Positions 8,273-17,320 of a stretch of 32,000 nucleotides of DNA are shown here, piece by piece (the first letter of the stretch is position 1; each line of letters opens with the position of its first letter). The stretch is taken from NCBI RefSeq assembly GCF_014252315.1, contig NZ_CP059216.1, forward strand, positions 210,001 to 242,000, given 5' to 3'. The position numbers and the translations under genes were made by a program. The notes under the pieces are model-generated. The model was not told where the DNA came from. It searched no databases and worked only from the letters and a program-made list of their open reading frames with translations. The DNA is from Candidatus Saccharimonadota bacterium (GTDB taxonomy: Bacteria > Bacteroidota > Bacteroidia > Flavobacteriales > Blattabacteriaceae).

Positions 8273-9154
8273 ATGATGAGATCAAAAATTTCTTCTTTTA
8301 TTATGATCCCTTCTTTTTTGTCTGTTATAGTATTTATATCTTATATATTTTTTAAACATTATGATAAATTATCTTATATAACTAATTTTATTTCTATATT
8401 TTTTTTCATTATAATAATATTGTTATTAATAATATTAGAATACATTAACAACATAATTTTTAAAAAAAAGATAGAATCTTTATCTGAAGAAAAAAGAAGA
8501 AAAATTATAGAAAAAAATGAAGGAAATTATTTTTATGTTTTTTATAAATTTTTTTTTCATAAAAAAAATAATGATAATGAAAAAATTAAAACAATAGATC
8601 ATGGATTTGATGGAATTATAGAACTAGATAACAAACTTCCAATTTGGTGGGTTCACCTTTTTTATATTACAGTAATATTCTCTGTAATATATCTACTTTC
8701 TTATTTATTATTAGATTTTTCTAATCCATATAAAGAATATGACTTATCATATAAAAAACAATTGTATAATATTAAAATTTTTGAACAAAAAAAACCACAA
8801 GCATCTTTGGAAAAATCTTTTTTTAAAAAAAGATTAATTAATGAAGGAAAAATTCTTTTTGAAGAAAATTGTTCTACTTGCCATCAAAAAGATGGTAGTG
8901 GAAATATAGGCCCTAATTTAACAGACGATTATTGGATTAATGTTATAGAAAAAGATTTATACAAAAATATTTTTTATTTGATTTGGAATGGAAGCGAAAA
9001 AAATCCTACAATGCGTGCTTTTGGAAAAAATGGTGAAATTAAAGGAAATGATATTGAAAAAATATCTAGTTATGTTTATTTTATAAATAAAGAAAAAAAT
9101 AAACCATTAAAACAAAAAAATCCTCAAGGAAAAAAAATAATAGATTGGAAATAA
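8273..9154 (+). CDS. ccoP: cbb3-type cytochrome c oxidase subunit III (CcoP/FixP), apparently monohaem
   Basis: 293 aa. The FixP N-terminal motif is present (HGFDGIIELDNKLPIWWVHLFY). There is one c-type haem site, CSTCH, plus a downstream PTMRAF stretch containing a Met. Confidence 0.85.
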   Translation: MMRSKISSFIMIPSFLSVIVFISYIFFKHYDKLSYITNFISIFFFIIIILLLIILEYINNIIFKKKIESLSEEKRRKIIEKNEGNYFYVFYKFFFHKKNNDNEKIKTIDHGFDGIIELDNKLPIWWVHLFYITVIFSVIYLLSYLLLDFSNPYKEYDLSYKKQLYNIKIFEQKKPQASLEKSFFKKRLINEGKILFEENCSTCHQKDGSGNIGPNLTDDYWINVIEKDLYKNIFYLIWNGSEKNPTMRAFGKNGEIKGNDIEKISSYVYFINKEKNKPLKQKNPQGKKIIDWK

Positions 9155-9245
9155 TTTTTAATGCTTTTACAATTACAATGTTTAAATAAAATAAAAATAA
9201 TAAATATTTATATAATTCAGTAAAAATAAAACATTATTTATAAAA

Positions 9246-9692
9246 ATGAGATCAAAATGGGAAATAAGCGTTATATTTTCTTTAATCATTTTCATTATTT
9301 TTATAATTTATATTTCATTTTTTTTTCCAAATTTAAAAAGAGAATTAATTTCGGAAAATTATTATGAAGAAGAGATAAAATATCAAGATATTATTAATGA
9401 AAAAAAAAATGCATCAAAAATTTCAAAAAAAATAGATATAAAAACTACTAATAATGGAATTGAAATATTATTTCCATCTTATTATTATAATACTCATGGA
9501 ATTATAACTTTACTTAGATATTCTTCTAAAAATTTAGATTTTACAAGAAATTTCGAAATTGTTAAAAACAAATCAAATAAAAAAATTTTTATTAATAAAA
9601 ATTTTTTAAAAAAAGGCCAATATAAAATTATAATTAGATGGAAACATAATAAAAAAAAATATTTTTTTGAAAAAGAATTATTATGGAAATGA
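9246..9692 (+). CDS. FixH/CcoH-family protein
   Basis: 148 aa. An N-terminal TM helix is followed by SENYYEEEIKYQDIINEKKNA, the YY..E..YQ..I pattern of flavobacterial FixH-family proteins. It is the last gene of the cco cluster. Confidence 0.7.
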   Translation: MRSKWEISVIFSLIIFIIFIIYISFFFPNLKRELISENYYEEEIKYQDIINEKKNASKISKKIDIKTTNNGIEILFPSYYYNTHGIITLLRYSSKNLDFTRNFEIVKNKSNKKIFINKNFLKKGQYKIIIRWKHNKKKYFFEKELLWK

Positions 9693-11998
9693 TAAAAAAA
9701 ATTATAAAAATTAAAATGAAAAAAAATATAAAAAACCTTCAAAAAGAATCATTAAAATATCATAGTAAGTTTCCTGCAGGAAAAATAGAAGTAATACCAA
9801 CAAAAAAATATAATAACCAAAGAGATTTATCTTTAGCTTATTCTCCTGGTGTAGCAGAACCTTGTAAAGAAATAGTAAAATCCTATAAAAATGTTTATAA
9901 ATATACTTCTAAAGGAAACCTTGTAGCGGTTATTACTAATGGATCAGCTGTATTAGGATTAGGTAATATTGGAGCATTAGCTTCAAAACCTGTAATGGAA
10001 GGAAAAGCTCTTTTATTTAAAATATTTTCTGGAATAGATGTTTTTGATATAGAAATTAATGAATCTAATCCAAAAAAATTTGTAGAAATAGTAAAAGCTA
10101 TTGCTCCTACATTTGGAGGTATCAATTTAGAAGATATTAAAGCTCCAGAAGCATTTGAAATAGAAAAAATATTAGAAAAAGAATTAGATATTCCTGTAAT
10201 GCATGACGATCAACATGGAACTGCTATTATTTCAGGTGCAGCATTACTAAATGCTATTGATTATGTTGGAAAAAATATACATAATGTAAAAATGATAGTA
10301 AATGGAGCAGGAGCTGCTGCTATTTCTTGTGCAAGAATATATAAAAAACTTGGAATAAATTCAAAATATATTTTTATGTTTGATAGTAAAGGATTATTAC
10401 ACAAATCAAGAAATGATTTAAATATAGAAAAAAAAGAATTTTCTGTAGACATAAATCATCCAATTCAAACATTAAATGAGGCTATTAAAAATTCAGACAT
10501 TTTTATTGGATTATCTAAAGGAGGAATATTGACTCCCAGTATGTTAAAAAATATGAAAAAAAATCCCATAATATTTGCAATGGCAAATCCAGATCCTGAA
10601 ATAGATTATGATTTAGCAAAAAAAATTAGGCCTGATGCAATTATAGCTACTGGAAGAAGTGATTACCCTAATCAAGTAAATAATGTTTTAGGCTTTCCTT
10701 ATATTTTTAGAGGAGCATTAGATGTTCAAGCAAGTATTATTAATGATGAAATGAAACTTGCTGCTGTATATGCTATAGCTTCCTTAGCAAAGGAACCAGT
10801 TCCAGAACAAGTCAATATAGTTTATAATGAAAAAAACATTTCTTTTGGAAAGGAATATATCATTCCAAAACCATTTGATAATAGATTAATTATTCGTGTA
10901 GCTCCAGCAGTAGCTAAAGCTGCTATTAATTCCGGAGTAGCAAAAAATCCAATTTCAAATTGGAAATTATACAAAGAAAAACTTTTGGACAGAATGGGGT
11001 ATGAAAGTAAAATGTTAAGAATGATACAAAATAGAGCTCGTACAAACCCTAAAAAAATTGTTTTTTGTAATGGAGAAGAATATAATATCCTAAAATCTGT
11101 ACAAATTCTTAGTGAAGAAGGAATAATTCATTCTCCTATAGTTTTAGGAAATGAAAATAGAATTAATAATATAATTAAAAAAAATAAATTAGATATAGAT
11201 TTAAAAATTATAGATCCAGAAAAAGAAGAAAATCAAGAAAAATTGAAAAAATATGCAAAAATATTTTGGAAAAAAAGAAATCGTAAAGGATTAACTTTAT
11301 ATGAATCTAAAATACATATGCGTAATAATGATAATTTTGGAGCTATGATGGTTAATCAAAAAGAAGCAGATATAGTTATTACAGGATATTCTAGAAGTTT
11401 TTCTATAAGTTTACGTCCAATGTTAGAAGTTATAGGAAAGAAAAAAAATGATTATAAAATATCGGGAATGATGATTTTATTAACTAAAAAAGGACCATTA
11501 TTTTTAGCAGATACAGCTGTTATTCCAGATCCTACAAGCGAAGAATTAGCTAAAATAGCAATAATGGTTTCTAGTATAGTAGAAGAATTTGGAATTGAAC
11601 CTCGTATAGCTATGTTATCTTTTCAAAATTTTTCTTCAAATTCAAAAACTTCATATAAAATGGCCAAAACTGTTTCAATATTACATAATGAATATCCTAA
11701 ATTAATAGTGGATGGAGAAATACAGCCTGATTTTGCTCTAAATGAATTATTATTATATAATAAATTTCCATTTTCTAAACTTGCAAAAAAACAAGCAAAC
11801 ATATTCATTTTTCCAAACTTAGAATCAAGTAATTTAACATATAAATTTATTAGAGGATTAGGAGATGTTAAAACTATTGGTCCAATCATGTTAGGAATGA
11901 AAAAACCAGCTCATGTTATGCAAATGCAATCTAGTATAGAGGAAATAGTAAATTTATCAACAATAGCTGTAATTGATTCACAAATAAGAAATAATTAA
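9683..11998 (+). CDS. maeB: NADP-dependent malic enzyme (malic enzyme domain fused to a phosphate acetyltransferase-like domain)
   Basis: 771 aa. Motifs: LSLAYSPGVA, ITNGSAVLGLGNIG, FGGINLEDI, the NAD(P) fold VNGAGAAA, and a C-terminal PTA-like domain. The true start may be the downstream ATG at 9716 (MKKNIKNLQKESLKYH), which would remove the overlap with fixH. Confidence 0.92.
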   Translation: MEMIKKIIKIKMKKNIKNLQKESLKYHSKFPAGKIEVIPTKKYNNQRDLSLAYSPGVAEPCKEIVKSYKNVYKYTSKGNLVAVITNGSAVLGLGNIGALASKPVMEGKALLFKIFSGIDVFDIEINESNPKKFVEIVKAIAPTFGGINLEDIKAPEAFEIEKILEKELDIPVMHDDQHGTAIISGAALLNAIDYVGKNIHNVKMIVNGAGAAAISCARIYKKLGINSKYIFMFDSKGLLHKSRNDLNIEKKEFSVDINHPIQTLNEAIKNSDIFIGLSKGGILTPSMLKNMKKNPIIFAMANPDPEIDYDLAKKIRPDAIIATGRSDYPNQVNNVLGFPYIFRGALDVQASIINDEMKLAAVYAIASLAKEPVPEQVNIVYNEKNISFGKEYIIPKPFDNRLIIRVAPAVAKAAINSGVAKNPISNWKLYKEKLLDRMGYESKMLRMIQNRARTNPKKIVFCNGEEYNILKSVQILSEEGIIHSPIVLGNENRINNIIKKNKLDIDLKIIDPEKEENQEKLKKYAKIFWKKRNRKGLTLYESKIHMRNNDNFGAMMVNQKEADIVITGYSRSFSISLRPMLEVIGKKKNDYKISGMMILLTKKGPLFLADTAVIPDPTSEELAKIAIMVSSIVEEFGIEPRIAMLSFQNFSSNSKTSYKMAKTVSILHNEYPKLIVDGEIQPDFALNELLLYNKFPFSKLAKKQANIFIFPNLESSNLTYKFIRGLGDVKTIGPIMLGMKKPAHVMQMQSSIEEIVNLSTIAVIDSQIRNN

Positions 11999-12813
11999 TT
12001 AAATTTATGTTGTTCTATAAAAACTTTATTTCCAAATAATAATTGAACTTTTTTTTGAAAAAAATTATTTTTATTAGATGTATGATAAAAAATTGGATAT
12101 TGAATATCACTTTTATCTTTTAAAGATAATAAACTTTTTTTTATCAATTTTTTTTTTATTTCTTCTACTACTATTTTTTGAATATCTATTAAATAAACTT
12201 TTTTTTTATAAAATTTATATATTTCATTTTTTATATATAAATAATGAGTACAAGCTAAAATTAAAATATCTATTGACCTTAAGTGTATTAAATAATTTCT
12301 TATGTAGTCTATTATTTTTTTTATATTAAAATCATTTTCTATAAAAAAAGCAAGTAATGGTATTGATAATTGAACTATATCCAAATGATGATAATAATAT
12401 TTTATTTTATTAAAATAAAAATTTGAACGGATAGTAGAAGGAGTAGAAATTATTCCTATCTTTTTATAAGATAAAAGTATATTATTTTTAATAATAGGAT
12501 CTATTACATTAAATATTAATATTTTATTTTTAAATTTTTCTAAAATTATATCCAAGGCATTAGATGTTATTGAATTACAAGCTATTACCAAAGCCTTACA
12601 TTTTTTTTCATAAAGAAATGAAATAATTTTTATTGCATTATCAACAATAAATTTTTTGGATTTATTACCATAAGGCATATTTATATTATCTCCAAAATAA
12701 ATTAAATTTTCATTTGGCATTTGTATTTTTATTTCTTTAGCAATAATAAGACCACCTATTCCAGAATCTAATATTCCTATTGGATATTTATTTTTCATAT
12801 TATTAAATGACAA
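11995..12813 (-). CDS. murI: Glutamate racemase
   Basis: 272 aa. It has GILDSGIGGL and the two catalytic Cys motifs, IACNS and ACTHY. Confidence 0.9.
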   Translation of the reverse strand: MSFNNMKNKYPIGILDSGIGGLIIAKEIKIQMPNENLIYFGDNINMPYGNKSKKFIVDNAIKIISFLYEKKCKALVIACNSITSNALDIILEKFKNKILIFNVIDPIIKNNILLSYKKIGIISTPSTIRSNFYFNKIKYYYHHLDIVQLSIPLLAFFIENDFNIKKIIDYIRNYLIHLRSIDILILACTHYLYIKNEIYKFYKKKVYLIDIQKIVVEEIKKKLIKKSLLSLKDKSDIQYPIFYHTSNKNNFFQKKVQLLFGNKVFIEQHKFN

Positions 12814-12895
12814 TATTTAATAATAAAATGTATATATAAATCATATGGAAATAATGAAAATAATAAAATTAAAAACATATAAATAATTTATTTTA

Positions 12896-13132
12896 TCAAT
12901 TAAATATTTTTTTATGTATTTGTTTTTTTAATCTAGAAGCTTTATTAAAATGTATTATTTTTCTTTTAGAAAGCTTATCTATCATAGAAATTATTTTAGA
13001 AAAATTTTTCTTTATATTTTCAGACAAAGACTTTTTGATAAAAGTTTTTGTACTTTTATATGTATATCTATTTCTAAATCGTTTAGAATAATTTTGTCTA
13101 ATTCTTTTTATAGAAGATGAATGATTAGCCAT
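12896..13132 (-). CDS. rpsT: 30S ribosomal protein S20
   Basis: 78 aa, very basic. The N-terminus MANHSSSIKRIRQ is typical of bS20. Confidence 0.9.
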   Translation of the reverse strand: MANHSSSIKRIRQNYSKRFRNRYTYKSTKTFIKKSLSENIKKNFSKIISMIDKLSKRKIIHFNKASRLKKQIHKKIFN

Positions 13133-13152
13133 TTTTTTAAATTAAAATATTA

Positions 13153-13224
13153 TAGCCCATAGGGGAATTGAACCCCTCTTTCCAGGATGAAAACCTGACG
13201 TCCTAACCAATAGACGAATGGGCC
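13153..13224 (-). tRNA. tRNA-Glu (anticodon UUC), no encoded CCA
   Basis: The minus strand folds by hand into a cloverleaf: GGCCCAT TC GTCT ATTGGTTA GGAC G TCAGG TTTTCAT CCTGG AAAG AGGGG TTCAATT CCCCT ATGGGCT A. The acceptor has 7 bp with a G1-U72 wobble. The anticodon loop is TT-TTC-AT, the T-loop is TTCAATT, and the discriminator is A. Confidence 0.9.
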
Positions 13225-13262
13225 ATGAAAACAAATTAAATTTTTTTATGATTAAAAAAAAA

Positions 13263-14525
13263 TTAATTTGTTTCAATTACAAATCCTATAGATTTTAAAT
13301 CATTCCAAAAATTTGGATATGATTTATTTACAACACATGGATCGTTTATATATAAATTATAATAATCTTTTAATAAAGCAAAAGGAGCAAAAGACATGGC
13401 CATTCTATGATCTTGGTAAGTATTTATTGTTATTGAATTATATTTATTTTTTATTGTAAAATTTTTAATCTTAAAACAAGAATTTGTTATTTCTGTAATA
13501 ATTCCAAATTTTATAAGTTCATTTTTTAGTGCTTTTAATCTATCTGTTTCTTTAATTTTTAGAGTTTCTAACCCTTTTAAATTACATTTAACTCCAATAG
13601 CAGCACATGTTACAGCAATAGTTTGTGCAATATCTGGAGTTTTATTTAAATCTAATTCAATTATTTTCTTTTTATAAAAAGGTTTTTTTTTAAAAAGAAA
13701 TATTTTATCTCCATTAAATTGAGTAGAAATTCCAAAATGTTTATCATATATGTATGATACTTCTCTATCTCCTTGTAAACTATTATTGTAATATGAATTT
13801 AATATAATATTACTATTTTTTGCAATAGTTGCTATAGAATAATAATATGAGGCTGAACTCCAATCAGATTCTATATTAAAATATTTTTTTATATTATTTT
13901 TTCCAGGAAAAATATGAATAGTGTTTTTTTTCCAATTTATTTTTATTCCTGCTGATATTAATAAATCAAATGTCATTTTAATATAAGGAACAGAAGTTAT
14001 TTTATTTTGTAAAAAAATTTTTAATCCTTTTTTAAATTTACTTGCTATTAACATTAAAGAACTAATATATTGACTACTTACTCTAGCATCTACATGAATT
14101 TCACCACCTAATATATTTCTTCCAAAAATTTTTATTGGAGGATATCCAGATTTTTCTAAATAATTTATTTTTGCTCCCAAACTTCTTAAACTTTCTACAA
14201 GAATAGATATAGGTCTATTTTTCATTCTATCAGATCCTGTCAATACAGTAGTTTTATTTTCTATTATAGACAAATAAGAAGTTAAAAAACGCATAGCAGT
14301 ACCTGCGTGATGTATATCTATAGTATTACCATTACTTTCTAGACTATTTTTTAATACAATAGTATCTTCACAATTAGAAATATTTTTTATATAAATATCC
14401 TTTTTATAAAGAGCTTTTAATATTAAAAGACGATTAGAAATACTTTTAGATCCTGATATAAATAAATTTCCACTTAAACAATCATTTTTTTTATATATTC
14501 TAATAGAAGATATATTTTCCCTCAT
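13263..14525 (-). CDS. aroA: 3-phosphoshikimate 1-carboxyvinyltransferase (EPSP synthase)
   Basis: 420 aa. Motifs: ISGSKSISNR, HAGTAMRF, MKNRPI, and DHRMAMSF near the C-terminus. Confidence 0.92.
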   Translation of the reverse strand: MRENISSIRIYKKNDCLSGNLFISGSKSISNRLLILKALYKKDIYIKNISNCEDTIVLKNSLESNGNTIDIHHAGTAMRFLTSYLSIIENKTTVLTGSDRMKNRPISILVESLRSLGAKINYLEKSGYPPIKIFGRNILGGEIHVDARVSSQYISSLMLIASKFKKGLKIFLQNKITSVPYIKMTFDLLISAGIKINWKKNTIHIFPGKNNIKKYFNIESDWSSASYYYSIATIAKNSNIILNSYYNNSLQGDREVSYIYDKHFGISTQFNGDKIFLFKKKPFYKKKIIELDLNKTPDIAQTIAVTCAAIGVKCNLKGLETLKIKETDRLKALKNELIKFGIITEITNSCFKIKNFTIKNKYNSITINTYQDHRMAMSFAPFALLKDYYNLYINDPCVVNKSYPNFWNDLKSIGFVIETN

Positions 14526-14851
14526 TTCATTTTTAATTTTTTATTTTCATGATGTCTATTATGATCTTCATTTTTTTTTTCTAATTTTTTATTGAATGAT
14601 TTTTCTAAATCAATTCCAGTTTGATTAGCTAAACAAATTATAACAAATAAAACATCTGATAATTCTTCTCCAAGATCTTCATTTTTTTCTTTTAAATTTA
14701 TTTTTTTTGATTGTTCACCATATTTTCTAGCAATTATTCTAGATACTTCTCCTACTTCTTCAGACAATAATATAGTATTTGTTAATATATCAAAATAACG
14801 AATTCCATGTTTAATAATCCATTCATGAACAATTTTTTGAATATTTTTCAT
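14522..14851 (-). CDS. MazG-like nucleotide pyrophosphohydrolase (small single-domain type)
   Basis: 109 aa. It has the EEVGEV...(x)...EELSDVLF EExxE/D motif pair of the MazG/all-alpha NTP-PPase fold. ATGA overlaps link it to both neighbours. Confidence 0.75.
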   Translation of the reverse strand: MKNIQKIVHEWIIKHGIRYFDILTNTILLSEEVGEVSRIIARKYGEQSKKINLKEKNEDLGEELSDVLFVIICLANQTGIDLEKSFNKKLEKKNEDHNRHHENKKLKMK

Positions 14852-15822
14852 GATATTTTATTTTTTATCATTAATAAATCTTTTGCATTATTTATAATTG
14901 ATTCTCTATCTATATTATATTTTTTTAATAACTCCATAGGTTTACCACTTTCTCCAAAAGTATCTTTTACTGCTACTAATTTTTGAGGAATGTTACTGTA
15001 TCTACTAGTAGTAATTAATCTTGAAACACTTTCACCTAATCCACCTAAATAATTATGTTCTTCTGCTGTTATAATACATTTTGTTTTATCAATAGAATTT
15101 AAAATTGTTTTTTCATCTAATGGTTTAATTGTATGAACATTTATAACTTCACATTCAATTTTTTCTTTTTCATATAAAAATTTTGATGCTTCTAATGATT
15201 CCCATACTAAATGTCCAGTACTTACAATTGTAATGTCTTTGCCTTTTGTTAATCTAATAGCTTCTCCAATTTTAAATACTTGATTTTTTTCAGTGAAATT
15301 AGAAACTGGAGGTCTTCCAAATCTTAAATATACAGGACCAAAATAATTAGATATTTCTATTGTAGCTGCATAAGTTTGATTATAATCACAAGTATTTATA
15401 ACTGTCATTCCAGGAAGCATCTTCATCATTCCAATATCTTCTAAACATTGATGAGTTGCTCCATCTTCACCTAACGTTAATCCAGAATGAGATGCACATA
15501 TTTTTACATTTTTACATGAATAAGCAATAGATTGACGTATTTGATCATATACACGAGATGTAGCAAAATTTGCAAATGTTCCAACAAATGGAATATATTC
15601 TCCAATACTTAATCCAGCTGCTATTCCTATCATATTTGCTTCTGCTATACCTATTTGGAAAAATCTTCCAGGAAATTTTCTAGAAAATTCGTTCATAAAT
15701 AAAGATCCAGAAAGATCTGCGCATAATGCAATTACTTTTTCATTTTTTTCTCCTAAAAAAGTCAAAGCTTTTCCAAATCCAGCTCTAGTTTCTTTTAATC
15801 CTTTATCTTCATACATTTTCAT
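14848..15822 (-). CDS. tkt: Transketolase, C-terminal section (pyrimidine-binding plus C-terminal domains)
   Basis: 324 aa. Motifs: FQIGIAEANMIGIAAG, EDGATHQ and RFGRP. It pairs with the upstream N-terminal section. Confidence 0.9.
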   Translation of the reverse strand: MKMYEDKGLKETRAGFGKALTFLGEKNEKVIALCADLSGSLFMNEFSRKFPGRFFQIGIAEANMIGIAAGLSIGEYIPFVGTFANFATSRVYDQIRQSIAYSCKNVKICASHSGLTLGEDGATHQCLEDIGMMKMLPGMTVINTCDYNQTYAATIEISNYFGPVYLRFGRPPVSNFTEKNQVFKIGEAIRLTKGKDITIVSTGHLVWESLEASKFLYEKEKIECEVINVHTIKPLDEKTILNSIDKTKCIITAEEHNYLGGLGESVSRLITTSRYSNIPQKLVAVKDTFGESGKPMELLKKYNIDRESIINNAKDLLMIKNKIS

Positions 15823-15835
15823 AAATAAGTTATTT

Positions 15836-16696
15836 TTACAACGGATAATCCTCTATCAAATAATTGTTATTTAGTTGCATTAATGCTGTTTCTAATTGTT
15901 TTTTATTAGGAGCTTTTCCATGCCAAACATTATTTCCAGTCATGAAATCAACTCCATATCCCATTTGAGTGTGTAAAATAATTATAACAGGTTTTTTATT
16001 TTTAGTTTTGTTTTTTGCTTTTTTTAAAATATTAATAACATTATTAATATTATTACCATTTTTTTCTTCCAAAACTTCCCAATCAAATGATTGAAATTTT
16101 TTTTTTAAATTACCAAGAGATAAAACCTCATCAGTTGATCCATCTATTTGTTGTTTATTATAATCTATAGTTGCAATATAATTATCAATATTTTTAGATC
16201 CTGCATATAAAATAGCTTCCCAAATTTGTCCTTCATTTAATTCTCCATCTCCATGTAAACTATATACTATTGAATCTAATTCTTTATCTAATTTTTTTGA
16301 AATAGCTGATCCTATAGAGACTGACATTCCTTGCCCTAAAGATCCAGACGATATTCTTATTCCTGGTAATTTTTCATGAACAGAAGGATGTCCTTGTAAT
16401 CTAGAATTTAATTTTCTAAAAGAAGATAATTCTTTTACAGAAAAGAATCCAGATCTAGCTAATACACTGTAATAAACAGGAGATATATGTCCATTAGATA
16501 GAAAAAAAACATCTTCTCCTTTTCCGTTCATAGTAAATTTTTTAGGATTATAACGCATTATTTCTTGAAATAATGCTACAAAAAATTCAGTACATCCAAG
16601 AGATCCACCAGGATGTCCAGATTGTGCATTATATACCATTCGTAAAATATCTCTTCTTACTTGATTGCACAAATTTTTCAAATAATTTACGTTCAT
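15836..16696 (-). CDS. tkt: Transketolase, N-terminal section (TPP-binding)
   Basis: 286 aa. Motifs: SGHPGGSLG, SNGH, and GDGELNEGQIWEA (the TPP/Mg site). The split two-gene transketolase layout is a known arrangement, not a frameshift. Confidence 0.9.
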   Translation of the reverse strand: MNVNYLKNLCNQVRRDILRMVYNAQSGHPGGSLGCTEFFVALFQEIMRYNPKKFTMNGKGEDVFFLSNGHISPVYYSVLARSGFFSVKELSSFRKLNSRLQGHPSVHEKLPGIRISSGSLGQGMSVSIGSAISKKLDKELDSIVYSLHGDGELNEGQIWEAILYAGSKNIDNYIATIDYNKQQIDGSTDEVLSLGNLKKKFQSFDWEVLEEKNGNNINNVINILKKAKNKTKNKKPVIIILHTQMGYGVDFMTGNNVWHGKAPNKKQLETALMQLNNNYLIEDYPL

Positions 16697-16751
16697 TTTA
16701 ACTCAATACTAATTTAAAAAAATATTTAGAAATATTTTTATATACTTTACA

Positions 16752-16759
16752 CAAAAGTA
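16752..16759 (-). promoter_or_regulatory. Candidate Bacteroidetes -7 promoter box (TACTTTTG = TAnnTTTG) for the tkt-mazG-aroA operon
   Basis: Plus-strand CAAAAGTA at 16752-16759 reads TACTTTTG on the minus strand, 56 nt upstream of the tkt ATG (16696). The motif is short, so the call is weak in such AT-rich DNA. Confidence 0.3.
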
Positions 16760-16771
16760 ATAAATTATAAT

Positions 16772-17218
16772 ATGAAAATTACAAACAGGAAAGCAAAATT
16801 TAATTATCATTTATTGGAATTTTACGTAGCTGGTATTCAACTTTTCGGATCAGAAGTAAAATCTATAAGAAAAAGTAAAGTAAATATTTCAGATAGTTTT
16901 TGTCAAATTAGAAATGGAGAATTATATTCTATAAATATGTATATAGAAAAATATAAATTTTGTTTTAATGATAATTTTTATCCTAAAAGAGAAATAAAAT
17001 TATTATTAAATAAATCAGAATTATTAAGAATAAGTAAAAAAATATTAAATCCAAAAATTACGGTTATACCTGTAGAAATATTTTTTAGTAAAACAGGATA
17101 TGCTAAAATGAAAATAGCGATATCAAAAGGTAAAAAAAAGCATGATAAACGTGAAATTATAAAAATGAAAGATTCAATACGAGAAATTAATCGATCTATA
17201 AAAAAAAATTATATTTAA
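16772..17218 (+). CDS. smpB: SsrA-binding protein
   Basis: 148 aa. Motifs: NRKAKFNYHLLEFYVAGIQLFGSEVKSIR and the C-terminal basic tail KKKHDKRE. Confidence 0.92.
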   Translation: MKITNRKAKFNYHLLEFYVAGIQLFGSEVKSIRKSKVNISDSFCQIRNGELYSINMYIEKYKFCFNDNFYPKREIKLLLNKSELLRISKKILNPKITVIPVEIFFSKTGYAKMKIAISKGKKKHDKREIIKMKDSIREINRSIKKNYI

Positions 17219-17230
17219 ATACTTTTACCT

Positions 17231-17262
17231 TTTACATACTAATTTACATACTAACATACTAA
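17231..17262 (+). repeat. Tandem 12-mer TTTACATACTAA x2 plus a partial third copy CATACTAA
   Basis: Read directly: 17231-17242 and 17243-17254 are identical, and 17255-17262 is a truncated copy. The repeat lies between the smpB stop and the OMP gene, about 60-90 bp upstream of the 17321 ATG. Confidence 0.6.
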
Positions 17263-17281
17263 AATAAAATAGTAAAATATT

Positions 17282-17289
17282 TATATTTG
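17282..17289 (+). promoter_or_regulatory. Candidate Bacteroidetes -7 promoter box (TATATTTG) for the repeat-bearing OMP gene
   Basis: TATATTTG matches TAnnTTTG and ends 32 nt upstream of the ATG at 17321. I found no clear -33 TTTG. Confidence 0.3.
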
Positions 17290-17320
17290 TTATTAGGTTC
17301 AAAAGAAATTTATATATTAT

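Noticed and set aside
9494-12329. Shadow ORFs: minus-strand 9494-9742, 9895-10125, 10261-10452 and 11623-11889, and plus-strand 12078-12329
   Set aside because: Each is nested antisense to fixH, maeB or murI, all of which have clear family motifs. Their composition is low-complexity F/L/I/K/N, typical of chance ORFs in AT-rich DNA.
14848-16696. Transketolase split into two ORFs as a possible frameshift pseudogene
   Set aside because: The two ORFs correspond exactly to the N-terminal TPP-binding part and the C-terminal pyrimidine-binding/C-terminal parts. They are separated by a 13-bp gap, and the second has its own ATG. This two-gene transketolase is a well-known natural arrangement.
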